Positions 26,401 through 40,380 of a stretch of 64,000 nucleotides of DNA are shown here, piece after piece. The notes below the pieces were generated by a model. The model was not told the DNA's origin. It ran no database searches and saw only the letters and a list, made by a program, of their open reading frames with translations. The translations under genes were made by a program, and so were the position numbers. The DNA is taken from contig CM082595.2 in NCBI GenBank assembly GCA_040954595.2, positions 2,339,843 to 2,403,842 on the forward strand, in the 5' to 3' direction. How positions within the stretch are numbered: the first letter of the stretch is position 1; every line of letters begins with the position of its first letter. This DNA is from Balanoglossus misakiensis (taxonomy: Eukaryota > Animalia > Hemichordata).

Positions 26401-29400
26401 ATTTTCATCAAAAAATCACAATTTTCCGACTTTTTTAATTTTCAAAATTTGGCCATTTTTCACAAAAATCATGGGTTATAGCCCATGATTTTCATCAAAA
26501 AATCACAATTTTCCGACTTTTTTAATTTTCAAAATTTGGCCATTTTTCACAAAAATCATGGGTTATAGCCCATGATTTTCATCAAAAAATCACAATTTTC
26601 CGACTTTTTTAATTTTCAAAATTTGGCCATTTTTCACAAAAATCATGGGTTATAGCCCATGATTTTCATCAAAAAATCACAATTTTCCGACTTTTTTAAT
26701 TTTCAAAATTTGGCCATTTTTCACAAAAATCATGGGTTATAGCCCATGATTTTCATCAAAAAATCACAATTTTCCGACTTTTTTAATTTTCAAAATTTGG
26801 CCATTTTTCACAAAAATCATGGGTTATAGCCCATGATTTTCATCAAAAAATCACAATTTTCCGACTTTTTTAATTTTCAAAATTTGGCCATTTTTCACAA
26901 AAATCATGGGTTATAGCCCATGATTTTCATCAAAAAATCACAATTTTCCGACTTTTTTAATTTTCAAAATTTGGCCATTTTTCACAAAAATCATGGGTTA
27001 TAGCCCATGATTTTCATCAAAAAATCACAATTTTCCGACTTTTTTAATTTTCAAAATTTGGCCATTTTTCACAAAAATCATGGGTTATAGCCCATGATTT
27101 TCATCAAAAAATCACAATTTTCCGACTTTTTTAATTTTCAAAATTTGGCCATTTTTCACAAAAATCATGGGTTATAGCCCATGATTTTCATCAAAAAATC
27201 ACAATTTTCCGACTTTTTTAATTTTCAAAATTTGGCCATTTTTCACAAAAATCATGGGTTATAGCCCATGATTTTCATCAAAAAATCACAATTTTCCGAC
27301 TTTTTTAATTTTCAAAATTTGGCCATTTTTCACAAAAATCATGGGTTATAGCCCATGATTTTCATCAAAAAATCACAATTTTCCGACTTTTTTAATTTTC
27401 AAAATTTGGCCGTTTTTCACAAAAATCAGGGTTATAGCCCATGATTTTCATCAAAAAATCACAATTTTCCGACTTTTTAATTTTCAAAATTTGGCCATTT
27501 TTCACAAAAATCATGGGTTATAGCCCATGATTTTCATCAAAAAATCACAATTTTCCGACTTTTTTAATTTTCAAAATTTGGCCATTTTTCACAAAAATCA
27601 TGGGTTATAGCCCATGATTTTCATCAAAAAATCACAATTTTCCGACTTTTTTAATTTTCAAAATTTGGCCATTTTTCACAAAAATCATGGGTTATAGCCC
27701 ATGATTTTCATCAAAAAATCACAATTTTCCGACTTTTTAATTTTCAAAATTTGGCCATTTTTCACAAAAATCATGGGTTATAGCCCATGATTTTCATCGA
27801 AAAATCACAATTTTCCGACTTTTTTAATTTTCAAAATTTGGCCATTTTTCCACAAAAATCATGGGTTATAGCCCATGATTTTCATCGAAAAATCACAATT
27901 TTCCGACTTTTTTAATTTTCAAAATTTGGCCATTTTTCACAAAAATCATGCGTTATAGCCCATGATTTTCATCGAAAAATCACAATTTTCCGACTTTTTT
28001 TAATTTTCAAAATTTGGCCATTTTTCACAAAAATCATGGCTTATAGCCCATGAAATTCATCAAAAAATCACAATTTTCCGACTTTTTAATTTTCAAAATT
28101 TGGCCATTTTTCACAAAAATCATGGGTTATAGCCCATGATTATCATCAAAAAATCACAATTTTCCGACTTTTTTAATTTTCAAAATTTGGCCAGTTTTTC
28201 ACAAAAATCATGGGTTATAGCCCATGATTTTCATCAAAAAATCACAATTTTCCGACTTTTTTAATTTTCAAAATTTGGCCGTTTTTCACAAAAATCATGG
28301 GTTATAGCCCATGATTTTCATCAAAAAATCACAATTTTCCGACTTTTTTAATTTTCAAAATTTGGCCGTTTTTCACAAAATCATGGGTTATAGCCCATGA
28401 TTTTCATCAAAAAATCACAATTTTCCGACTTTTTTAATTTTCAAAATTTGGCCGTTTTTCACAAAAATCATGGGTTATAGCCCATGATTTTCATCAAAAA
28501 TCACAATTTTCCGACTTTTTTAATTTTCAAAATTTGGCCGTTTTTCACAAAAATCATGGGTTATAGCCCATGATTTTCATCAAAAAATCACAATTTTCCG
28601 ACTTTTTTAATTTTCAAAATTTGGCCATTTTTCACAAAAATCATGGGTTATAGCCCATGATTTTCATCAAAAAATCACAATTTTCCGACTTTTTTAATTT
28701 TCAAAATTTGGCCATTTTTCACAAAAATCATGGGTTATAGCCCATGATTTTCATCAAAAATCACAATTTTCCGACTTTTTTAATTTTCAAAATTTGGCCA
28801 TTTTTCACAAAAATCATGGGTTATAGCCCATGATTTTCATCAAAAAATCACAATTTTCCGACTTTTTTAATTTTCAAAATTTGGCCATTTTTCACAAAAA
28901 TCATGGGTTATAGCCCATGATTTTCATCAAAAAATCACAATTTTCCGACTTTTTTAATTTTCAAAATTTGGCCATTTTTCACAAAAATCATGGGTTATAG
29001 CCCATGATTTTCATCAAAAAATCACAATTTTCCGACTTTTTAATTTTCAAAATTTGGCCATTTTTCACAAAAATCATGGGTTATAGCCCATGAAAATCAT
29101 CAAAAAATCACATTTTCCGACTTTTTTTAATTTTCAAAATTTGGCCATTTTTCACAAAAATCATGGGTTATAGCCCATGATTTTCATCAAAAAATCACAA
29201 TTTTCCGACTTTTTAATTTTCAAAATTTTGCCATTTTTCACAAAAATCATGGGTTATAGCCCATGATTTTCATCAAAAAATCACAATTTTCCGACTTTTT
29301 TAATTTTCAAAATTTGGCCATTTTTCACAAAAATCATGGGTTATAGCCCATGATTTTCATCGAAAAAATCACAATTTTCCGACTTTTTTAATTTTCAAAA

Positions 29401-32400
29401 TTTTGGCCATTTTTCACAAAAATCATGGGTTATAGCCCATGATTTTCATCGAAAAATCACAATTTTCCGACTTTTTTAATTTTCAAAATTTGGCCATTTT
29501 TCACAAAAATCATGGGTTATAGCCCATGATTTTCATCAAAAAATCACAATTTTCCGACTTTTTTAATTTTCAAAATTTGGCCATTTTTCACAAAAATCAT
29601 GGGTTATAGCCCATGATTTTCATCAAAAAATCACAATTTTCCGACTTTTTTAATTTTCAAAATTTGGCCATTTTTCACAAAAATCATGGGTTATAGCCCA
29701 TGATTTTCATCAAAAAATCACAATTTTCCGACTTTTTTAATTTTCAAAATTTGGCCATTTTTCACAAAAATCATGGTTATAGCCCATGATTTTCATCGAA
29801 AAATCACAATTTTCCGACTTTTTTAATTTTCAAAATTTGGCCATTTTTCACAAAAATCATGGGTTATAGCCATGATTTTCATCGAAAAATCACAATTTTC
29901 CGACTTTTTTAATTTTCAAAATTTGGCCATTTTTCACAAAAATCATGGGTTATAGCCCATGATTTTCATCAAAAAATCACAATTTTCCGACTTTTTTAAT
30001 TTTCAAAATTTGGCCATTTTTCACAAAAATCATGGGTTATAGCCCATGATTTTCATCAAAAAATCACAATTTTCCGACTTTTTTAATTTTCAAAATTTGG
30101 CCATTTTTCACAAAAATCATGGGTTATAGCCCATGAAAATCATCAAAAATCACAATTTTCCGACTTTTTTAATTTTCAAAATTTGGCCATTTTTCACAAA
30201 AATCATGGGTTATAGCCCATGATTTTCATCAAAAAATCACAATTTTCCGACTTTTTTAATTTTCAAAAATTTGGCCATTTTTCACAAAAATCATGGGTTA
30301 TAGCCCATGATTTTCATCAAAAAATCACAATTTTCCGACTTTTTTAATTTTCAAAATTTGCCATTTTTCACAAAAATCATGGGTTATAACCCATGATTTT
30401 CATCAAAAAATCACAATTTTCCGACTTTTTTAATTTTCAAAATTTGGCCATTTTTCACAAAAATCATGGGTTATAGCCCATGATTTTCATCAAAAAAATC
30501 ACAATTTTCCGACTTTTTAATTTTCAAAATTTGGCCATTTTTCACAAAAATCATGGGTTATAGCCCATGAAATTCATCAAAAATCAAAATTTTCCGACTT
30601 TTTTAATTTTCAAAATTTGGTCATTTTTCACAAAAATCATGGGTTATAGCCCATGATTTTCATCAAAAAATCACAATTTTCCGATTTTTTAATTTTCAAA
30701 ATTTGGCCATTTTTCACAAAAATCATGGGTTATAGCCCATGATTTTCATCGAAAAATCACAATTTTCCGACTTTTTTAATTTTCAAAATTTGGCCATTTT
30801 TCACAAAAATCATGGGTTATAGCCCATGAAAATCATCAAAAAATCACAATTTTCCGACTTTTTTAATTTTTCAAAATTTGGCCATTTTCACAAAAATCAT
30901 GGGTTATAGCCCATGATTTTCATCAAAAAAATCACAATTTTCCGACTTTTTTAATTTTCAAAATTTGGCCATTTTTCACAAAAATCATGGGTTATAGCCC
31001 ATGATTTTCATCAAAAAATCACAATTTTCCGACTTTTTTAATTTTCAAAATTGGCCATTTTTCACAAAAATCATGGGTTATAGCCCATGATTTTCATCAA
31101 AAAATCACAATTTTCCGACTTTTTTAATTTTCAAAATTTGGCCATTTTTCACAAAAATCATGGGTTATAGCCCATGATTTTCATCAAAAAATCACAATTT
31201 TCCGACTTTTTTAATTTTCAAAATTTGGCCAATTTTCACAAAAATCATGGGTTATAGCCCATGATTTTCATCAAAAAATCACAATTTTCCGACTTTTTTA
31301 ATTTTCAAAATTTGGCCGTTTTTCACAAAAATCATGGGTTATAGCCCATGATTTTCATCAAAAAATCACAATTTTCCGACTTTTTAATTTTCAAATTTGG
31401 CCGTTTTTCACAAAAATCATGGGTTATAGCCCATGATTTTCATCAAAAAATCACAATTTTCCGACTTTTTTATTTTCAAAATTTGGCCATTTTTCACAAA
31501 AATCATGGGTTATAGCCCATGATTTTCATCAAAAATCACAATTTTCCGACTTTTTTAATTTTCAAAATTTGGCCATTTTTCACAAAAATCATGGGTTATA
31601 GCCCATGATTTTCATCAAAAAATCACAATTTTCCGACTTTTTTAATTTTCAAAATTTGGCCATTTTTCACAAAAATCATGGGTTATAGCCCATGATTTTC
31701 ATCAAAAAATCACAATTTTCCGACTTTTTTAATTTTCAAAATTTGGCCATTTTTCACAAAAATCATGGGTTATAGCCCATGATTTTCATCAAAAAATCAC
31801 AATTTTCCGACTTTTTTAATTTTTCAAAATTTGGCCATTTTTCACAAAAATCATGGGTTATAGCCCATGATTTTCATCAAAAAATCACAATTTTCCGACT
31901 TTTTTAATTTTCAAAATTTGGCCATTTTTCACAAAAATCATGGGTTATAGCCCATGATTTTCATCAAAAAATCACAATTTTCCGACTTTTTTAATTTTCA
32001 AAATTTGGCCATTTTTCACAAAAATCATGGGTTATAGCCCATGATTTTCATCAAAAAATCACAATTTTCCGACTTTTTTAATTTTCAAAATTTGGCCATT
32101 TTTCACAAAAATCATGGGTTATAGCCCATGATTTTCATCAAAAAATCACAATTTTCCGACTTTTTTATTTTCAAAATTTGGCCATTTTTCACAAAAATCA
32201 TGGGTTATAGCCCATGAAATTCATCAAAAAATCACAATTTTCCGACTTTTTTAATTTTCAAAATTTGGCCATTTTTCACAAAAATCATGGGTTATAGCCC
32301 ATGATTTTCATCAAAAAATCACAATTTTCCGACTTTTTTAATTTTCAAAATTTTGCCATTTTTCACAAAAATCATGGGTTATAGCCCATGATTTTCATCA

Positions 32401-33395
32401 AAAAATCACAATTTTCCGACTTTTTTAATTTTCAAAATTTGGCCATTTTTCACAAAAATCATGGGTTATAGCCCATGATTTTCATCGAAAAATCACAATT
32501 TTCCGACTTTTTAATTTTCAAAATTTGGCCATTTTTCACAAAAATCATGGGTTATAGCCCAATGATTTTCATCGAAAAATCACAATTTTCCGACTTTTTT
32601 AATTTTCAAAATTTGGCCATTTTTCCACAAAAATCATGGGTAATAGCCCATGATTTTCATCAAAAAATCACAATTTTCCGACTTTTTTAATTTTCAAAAT
32701 TTGGCCATTTTTCACAAAAATCATGGGTTATAGCCATGATTTTCATCAAAAAATCACAATTTTCCGACTTTTTTAATTTTCAAAATTTGGCCATTTTTCA
32801 CAAAAATCATGGGTTATAGCCCATGATTTTCATCAAAAAATCACAATTTTCCGACTTTTTTAATTTTCAAAATTTGGCCATTTTTCACAAAAATCATGGG
32901 TTATAGCCCATGATTTTCATCAAAAAATCACAATTTTCCGACTTTTTTAATTTTCAAAATTTGGCCATTTTTCACAAAAATCATGGGTTATAGCCCATGA
33001 TTTTCATCAAAAAATCACAATTTTCCGACTTTTTTAATTTTCAAAATTTGGCCATTTTTCACAAAAATCATGGGTTATAGCCCATGATTTTCATCAAAAA
33101 ATCACAATTTTCCGACTTTTTTAATTTTCAAAATTTGGCCATTTTTCACAAAAATCATGGGTTATAGCCCATGATTTTCATCAAAAAATCACAATTTTCC
33201 GACTTTTTAATTTTCAAAATTTGGCCATTTTTCACAAAAATCATGGGTTATAGCCCATGAAAATCATCAAAAAATCACAATTTTCCGACTTTTTTAATTT
33301 TCAAAATTTGGCCATTTTTCACAAAAATCATGGGTTATAGCCCATGATTTAAATCAAAAAATCACAATTTTCCGACTTTTTTAATTTTCAAATTT
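23494..33395 (+). repeat. 87-bp satellite array A (~114 copies)
   Basis: Monomer ggccatttttcacaaaaatcatgggttatagcccatgattttcatcaaaaaatcacaattttccgacttttttaattttcaaaattt. The register recurs exactly after 1740 bp (20 x 87), e.g. at 23581 and 25321. Confidence 0.98.
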
Positions 33396-36300
33396 GCCAT
33401 TTTTCATAAAAACCATGGGTTATAGCTCAGGAAATCTTCAAAAAATGACAATTTTTCGACTTTCCGAAATATCAAAATTTCTTCATTTTTTCACAAAAAC
33501 CATGGGTTATAGCTCAGGAAATCTTCAAAAAATGACAATTTTTCGACTTTCCGAAAAATCAGAATTTCTTCATTTTTTCACAAAAACCATGGGTTATAGC
33601 TCAGGAAATCTTCAAAAATAACAATTTTTCGACTTTCCGAAATATCAAAATTTCTTCATTTTTTCACAAAAACCATGGGTTATAGCTCAGGAAATCTTCA
33701 AAAAATGACAATTTTTCGACTTTCCGAAAAATCAAAATTTCTTCATTTTTTCACAAAAACCATGGGTTATAGCTCAGGAAATCTTCAAAAAATGACCAAA
33801 TTTTCGACTTTCCGAAATATCAAAATTTCTTCATTTTTTCACAAAAAACCATGGGTTATAGCTCAGGAAATCTTCAAAAAAATGACAATTTTTCGACTTT
33901 CCGAAAAATCAAAATTTCTTCATTTTTTCACAAAAACCATGGGTTATAGCTCAGGAAATCTTCAAAAAATGACAATTTTTCGACTTTCCGAAAAATCAAA
34001 ATTTCTTCATTTTTTCACAAAAACCATGGGTTATAGCTCAGGAAATCTTCAAAAAATGACAATTTTTCGACTTTCCGAAAAATCAAAATTTCTTCATTTT
34101 TTCACAAAAACCATGGGTTATAGCTCAGGAAATCTTCAAAAAATGACAATTTTTCGACTTTCCGAAAAATCAAAATTTCTTCATTTTTTCACAAAAACCA
34201 TGGGTTATAGCTCAGGAAATCTTCAAAAAATGACAATTTTTCGACTTTCCGAAAAATCAAAATTTCTTCATTTTTTCACAAAAACCATGGGTTATAGCTC
34301 AGGAAATCTTCAAAAAATGACAATTTTTCGACTTTCCGAAAAATCAAAATTTCTTCATTTTTTCACAAAAACCATGGGTTATAGCTCAGGAAATCTTCAA
34401 AAAATGACAATTTTTCGACTTTCCCGAAAAATCAAAATTTCTTCATTTTTTCACAAAAACCATGGGTTATAGCTCAGGAAATCTTCAAAAAAATGACAAT
34501 TTCTCGACTTTCCGAAAAATCAAAATTTCTTCATTTTTTCACAAAAACCATGGGTTATAGCTCAGGAAATCTTCAAAAAATGACAATTTTTCGACTTTCC
34601 GAAATATCAAAATTTCTTCATTTTTTCACAAAACCATGGGTTATAGCTCAGGAAATCTTCAAAAAATGACAATTTTTCGACTTTCCGAAATATCAAAATT
34701 TCTTCATTTTTTCACAAAACCATGGGTTATAGCTCAGGAAATCTTCAAAAAATGACAATTTTCGACTTTCCGAAATATCAAAATTTCTTCATTTTTTCAC
34801 AAAAACCATGGGTTATAGCTCAGGAAATCTTCAAAAAATGACAATTTTCGACTTTCCGACAATCAAAATTTCTTCATTTTTTCACAAAAACCATGGGTTA
34901 TAGCTCAGGAAATCTTCAAAAAATGACAATTTTTCGACTTTCCGAAAAATCAAAATTTCTTCATTTTTTCACAAAAACCATGGGTTATAGCTCAGGAAAT
35001 CTTCAAAAAATGACAATTTTTCGACTTTCCGAAAAATCAAAATTTCTTCATTTTTTCACAAAAACCATGGGTTATAGCTCAGGAAATCTTCAAAAAATGA
35101 CAATTTTTCGACTTTCCGAAATATCAAAATTTCTTCATTTTTTCACAAAAACCATGGGTTATAGCTCAGGAAATCTTCAAAAAATGACAATTTTTCGACT
35201 TTCCGAAATATCAAAATTTCTTCATTTTTTCACAAAAACCATGGGTTATAGCTCAGGAAATCTTCAAAAAATGACAATTTTTCGACTTTCCGAAATATCA
35301 AAATTTCTTCATTTTTTCACAAAAACCATGGTTATAGCTCAGAAATCTTCAAAAAATGACAATTTTTCGACTTTCCGAAATATCAAAATTTCTTCATTTT
35401 TCACAAAAACCATGGGTTATAGCTCAGGAAATCTTCAAAAAATGACAATTTTTCGACTTTCCGAAATATCAAAATTTCTTCATTTTTTCACAAAAACCAT
35501 GGGTTATAGCTCAGGAAATCTTCAAAAAATGACAATTTTTCGACTTTCCGAAATATCAAAATTTCTTCATTTTTTCACAAAACCATGGGTTATAGCTCAG
35601 GAAATCTTCAAAAAATGACAATTTTTCGACTTTCCGAAAAATCAAAATTTCTTCATTTTTTCACAAAAACCATGGGTTATAGCTCAGGAAATCTTCAAAA
35701 AATGACAATTTTTCGACTTTCCGAAAAATCAAAATTTCTTCATTTTTTCACAAAAACCATGGGTTATAGCTCAGGAAATCTTCAAAAAATGACAATTTTT
35801 CGACTTTCCGAAAAATCAAAATTTCTTCATTTTTTCACAAAAACCATGGGTTATAGCTCAGGAAATCTTCAAAAAATGACAATTTTTCGACTTTCCCGAA
35901 AAATCAAAATTTCTTCATTTTTTCACAAAAACCATGGCTTATAGCTCAGGAAATCTTCAAAAAATGACAATTTTTCGACTTTCCGAAAAATCAAAATTTC
36001 TTCATTTTTCACAAAAACCATGGCTTATAGCTCAGGAAATCTTCAAAAAATGACAATTTTTCGACTTTCCGAAAAATCAAAATTTCTTCATTTTTTCACA
36101 AAAACCATGGCTTATAGCTCAGGAAATCTTCAAAAAATGACAATTTTTCGACTTTCCGAAATATCAAAATTTCTTCATTTTTTCACAAAAACCATGTGTT
36201 ATAGCTCAGGAAATCTTCAAAAAATGACAATTTTTCGACTTTCCGAAATATCAAAATTTCTTCATTTTTCACAAAAACCATGGGTTATAGCTCAGGAAAT

Positions 36301-39300
36301 CTTCAAAAAATGACAATTTTTCGACTTTCCGAAATATCAAAATTTCTTCATTTTTTCACAAAAACCATGGGTTATAGCTCAGGAAATCTTCAAAAAATGA
36401 CAATTTTTCGACTTTCCGAAATATCAAAATTTCTTCATTTTTTCACAAAAACCATGGGTTATAGCTCAGGAAATCTTCAAAAAATGACAATTTTTCGACT
36501 TTCCGAAAAATCAAAATTTCTTCATTTTTTCACAAAAACCATGGGTTATAGCTCAGAAATCTTTAAAAAATGACAATTTTTCGACTTTCCGAAAAATCAA
36601 AATTTCTTCATTTTTTCACAAAAACCATGGGTTATAGCTCAGGAAATCTTCAAAAAATGACAATTTTTCGACTTTCCGAAAAATCAAAATTTCTTCATTT
36701 TTTCACAAAAACCATGGGTTATAGCTCAGGAAATCTTCAAAAAATGACAATTTTTCGACTTTCCGAAAAATCAAAATTTCTTCATTTTTTCACAAAAACC
36801 ATGGGTTATAGCTCAGGAAATCTTCCAAAAAATGACAATTTTTCGACTTTCCGAAAAATCAAAATTTCTTCATTTTTTCACAAAAACCATGGGTTATAGC
36901 TCAGGAAATCTTCAAAAAATGACAATTTTTCGACTTTCCGAAAAATCAAAAATTTCTTCATTTTTTCACAAAAACCATGGGTTATAGCTCAGGAAATCTT
37001 CAAAAAATGACAATTTTTCGACTTTCCGAAAAATCAAAATTTCTTCATTTTTTCACAAAAACCATGGGTTATAGCTCAGGAAATCTTCCAAAAATGACAA
37101 TTTTTCGACTTTCCGAAAAATCAAAATTTCTTCATTTATTCACAAAAACCATGGGTTATAGCTCAGGAAATCTTCAAAAAATGACAATTTTTCGACTTTC
37201 CGAAAAAATCAAAATTTCTTCATTTATTCACAAAAACCATGGGTTATAGCTCAGGAAATCTTCAAAAAATGACAATTTTTCGACTTCCGAAAAATCAAAA
37301 TTTCTTCATTTATTCACAAAAACCATGGGTTATAGCTCAGGAAATCTTCAAAAAATGACAATTTTTCGACTTTCCGAAAAATCAAAATTTCTTCATTTAT
37401 TCACAAAAACCATGGGTTATAGCTCAGGAAATCTTCAAAAAATGACAATTTTTCGACTTTCCGAAAAATCAAAATTTCTTCATTTTTTTCACAAAAACCA
37501 TGGGTTATAGCTCAGGAAATCTTCAAAAAATGACAATTTTTCGACTTTCCGAAAAATCAAAATTTCTTCATTTATTCACAAAAACCATGGGTTATAGCTC
37601 AGGAAATCTTCAAAAAATGACAATTTTTCGACTTTCCCGAAAAATCAAAATTTCTTCATTTATTCACAAAAACCATGGGTTATAGCTCAGGAAATCTTCA
37701 AAAAATGACAATTTTTCGACTTTCCGAAAAATCAAAATTTCTTCATTTTTTCACAAAAACCATGGGTTATAGCTCAGGAAATCTTCAAAAAATGACAATT
37801 TTTCGACTTTCCCGAAAAATCAAAATTTCTTCTTTTTTTCACAAAAACCATGGGTTATAGCTCAGGAAATCTTCAAAAAATGACAATTTTTCGACTTTCC
37901 GAAAAATCAAAATTTCTTCCATTTTTTCACAAAAACCATGGGTTATAGCTCAGGAAATCTTCAAAAATGACAATTTTTCGACTTTCCGAAAAATCAAAAT
38001 TTCTTCATTTTTTCACAAAAACCATGGGTTACAGCTCAGGAAATCTTCAAAAAATGACAATTTTTCGACTTTCCGAAAAATCAAAATTTCTTCATTTTTT
38101 CACAAAAACCATGGGTTATAGCTCAGGAAATCTTCAAAAAATGACAATTTTTCGACTTTCCGAAAAATCAAAAATTTCTTCATTTTTTCACAAAAACCAT
38201 GGGTTATAGCTCAGGAAATCTTCAAAAAATGACAATTTTTCGACTTTCCGAAATATCAAAATTTCTTCATTTTTTCACAAAAAACCATGGGTTATAGCTC
38301 AGGAAATCTTCAAAAAATGACAATTTTTCGACTTTCCGAAAAATCAAAATTTCTTCATTTTTTCACAAAAACCATGGGTTATAGCTCAGGAAATCTTCAA
38401 AAAATGACAATTTTTCGACTTTCCGAAATATCAAAATTTCTTCATTTTTTCACAAAAACCATGGGTTATAGCTCAGGAAATCTTCAAAAAATGACAATTT
38501 TTCGACTTTCCGAATATCAAAATTTCTTCATTTTTTCACAAAAACCATGGGTTATAGCTCAGGAAATCTTCAAAAAATGACAATTTTTCGACTTTCCGAA
38601 AAATCAAAATTCTTCATTTTTTCACAAAAACCATGGGTTATAGCTCAGGAAATCTTCAAAAAATGACAATTTTCGACTTTCCGAAAATCAAAATTTCTTC
38701 ATTTTTTCACAAAAACCATGGGTTATAGCTCAGGAAATCTTCAAAAAATGACAATTTTTCGACTTTCCGAAATATCAAAATTTCTTCATTTTTTCACAAA
38801 AACCATGGGTTATAGCTCAGGAAATCTTCAAAAAATGACAATTTTTCGACTTTCCGAAAAATCAAAATTTCTTCATTTTTTCACAAAAACCATGGGTTAT
38901 AGCTCAGGAAATCTTCAAAAAATGACAATTTTTCGACTTTCCGAAAAATCAAAATTTCTTCATTTTTTCACAAAAACCATGGGTTATAGCTCAGGAAATC
39001 TTCAAAAAATGACAATTTTTCGACTTTCCGAAATATCAAAATTTCTTCATTTTTTCACAATGGGCTATAGCTCAGGAAATCTTCAAAAAATGACAATTTT
39101 TCGACTTTCCGAAATATCAAAATTTCTTCATTTTTCACAAAAACCATGGGTTATAGCTCAGGAAATCTTCAAAAAATGACAATTTTTCGACTTTCCGAAA
39201 TATCAAAATTTCTTCATTTTTTCACAAAAACCATGGGTTATAGCTCAGGAAATCTTCAAAAAATGACAATTTTTCGACTTTCCGAAAAATCAAAATTTCT

Positions 39301-40380
39301 TCATTTTTTCACAAAAACCATGGGTTATAGCTCAGGAAATCTTCAAAAAATGACAATTTTTCGACTTTCCGAAAAATCAAAATTTCTTCATTTTTTCACA
39401 AAAACCATGGGTTATAGCTCAGGAAATCTTCAAAAAATGACAATTTTTCGACTTTCCGAAATATCAAAATTTCTTCATTTTTTCACAAAAACCATGGGTT
39501 ATAGCTCAGGAAATCTTCAAAAAATGACAATTTCTCGACATTCCGAAATATCAAAATTCTTCATTTTTTCACAAAAACCATGGGTTATAGCTCAGGAAAT
39601 CTTCAAAAAATGACAATTTTTCGACTTTCCGAAATATCAAAATTTCTTCATTTTTTCACAAAAACCATGGGTTATAGCTCAGGAAATCTTCAAAAAATGA
39701 CAATTTTTCGACTTTCCGAAATATCAAAATTTCTTCATTTTTTCACAAAAACCGTGGGTTATAGCTCAGGAAATCTTCAAAAAATGACAATTTTTCGACT
39801 TTCCGAAATATCAAAATTTCTTCATTTTTTCACAAAAACCATGGGTTATAGCTCAGGAAATCTTCAAAAAATGACAATTTTTCGACTTTCCGAAATATCA
39901 AAATTTCTTCATTTTTTCACAAAAACCATGGGTTATAGCTCAGGAAATCTTCAAAAAATGACAATTTTTCGACTTTCCGAAATATCAAAATTTCTTCATT
40001 TTTTCACAAAAACCATGGGTTATAGCTCAGGAAATCTTCAAAAAATGACAATTTTTCGACTTTCCGAAATATCAAAATTTCTTCATTTTTTCACAAAAAC
40101 CATGGGTTATAGCTCAGGAAATCTTCAAAAAATGACAATTTTTCGACTTTCCGAAATATCAAAATTTCTTCATTTTTTCACAAAAACCATGGGTTATAGC
40201 TCAGGAAATCTTCAAAAAATGACAATTTTTCGACTTTCCGAAATATCAAAATTTCTTCATTTTTTCACAAAAACCATGGGTTATAGCTCAGGAAATCTTC
40301 AAAAAATGACAATTTTTCGACTTTCCGAAAAATCAAAATTTCTTCATTTTTTCATAAAAACCATGGGTTATAGCTCATGA
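33396..40380 (+). repeat. 87-bp satellite array B (~80 copies), a diverged variant of array A
   Basis: Monomer ccatgggttatagctcaggaaatcttcaaaaaatgacaatttttcgactttccgaaa(a/t)atcaaaatttcttcattttttcacaaaaa. It appears as a 29-aa repeat in the ORF track and is roughly 75-80% identical to A by manual alignment. Confidence 0.98.

Noticed and set aside
23494-40380. CRISPR array (regularly spaced palindromic repeats)
   Set aside because: The sequence between palindromes is identical rather than unique spacers, there are no cas genes, and the context is eukaryotic.
22570-40380. ORF-track entries inside the satellite as protein-coding genes
   Set aside because: They result from an 87-bp unit divisible by 3; no splice structure or sign of purifying selection. 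Kept only as a low-interest hypothesis.
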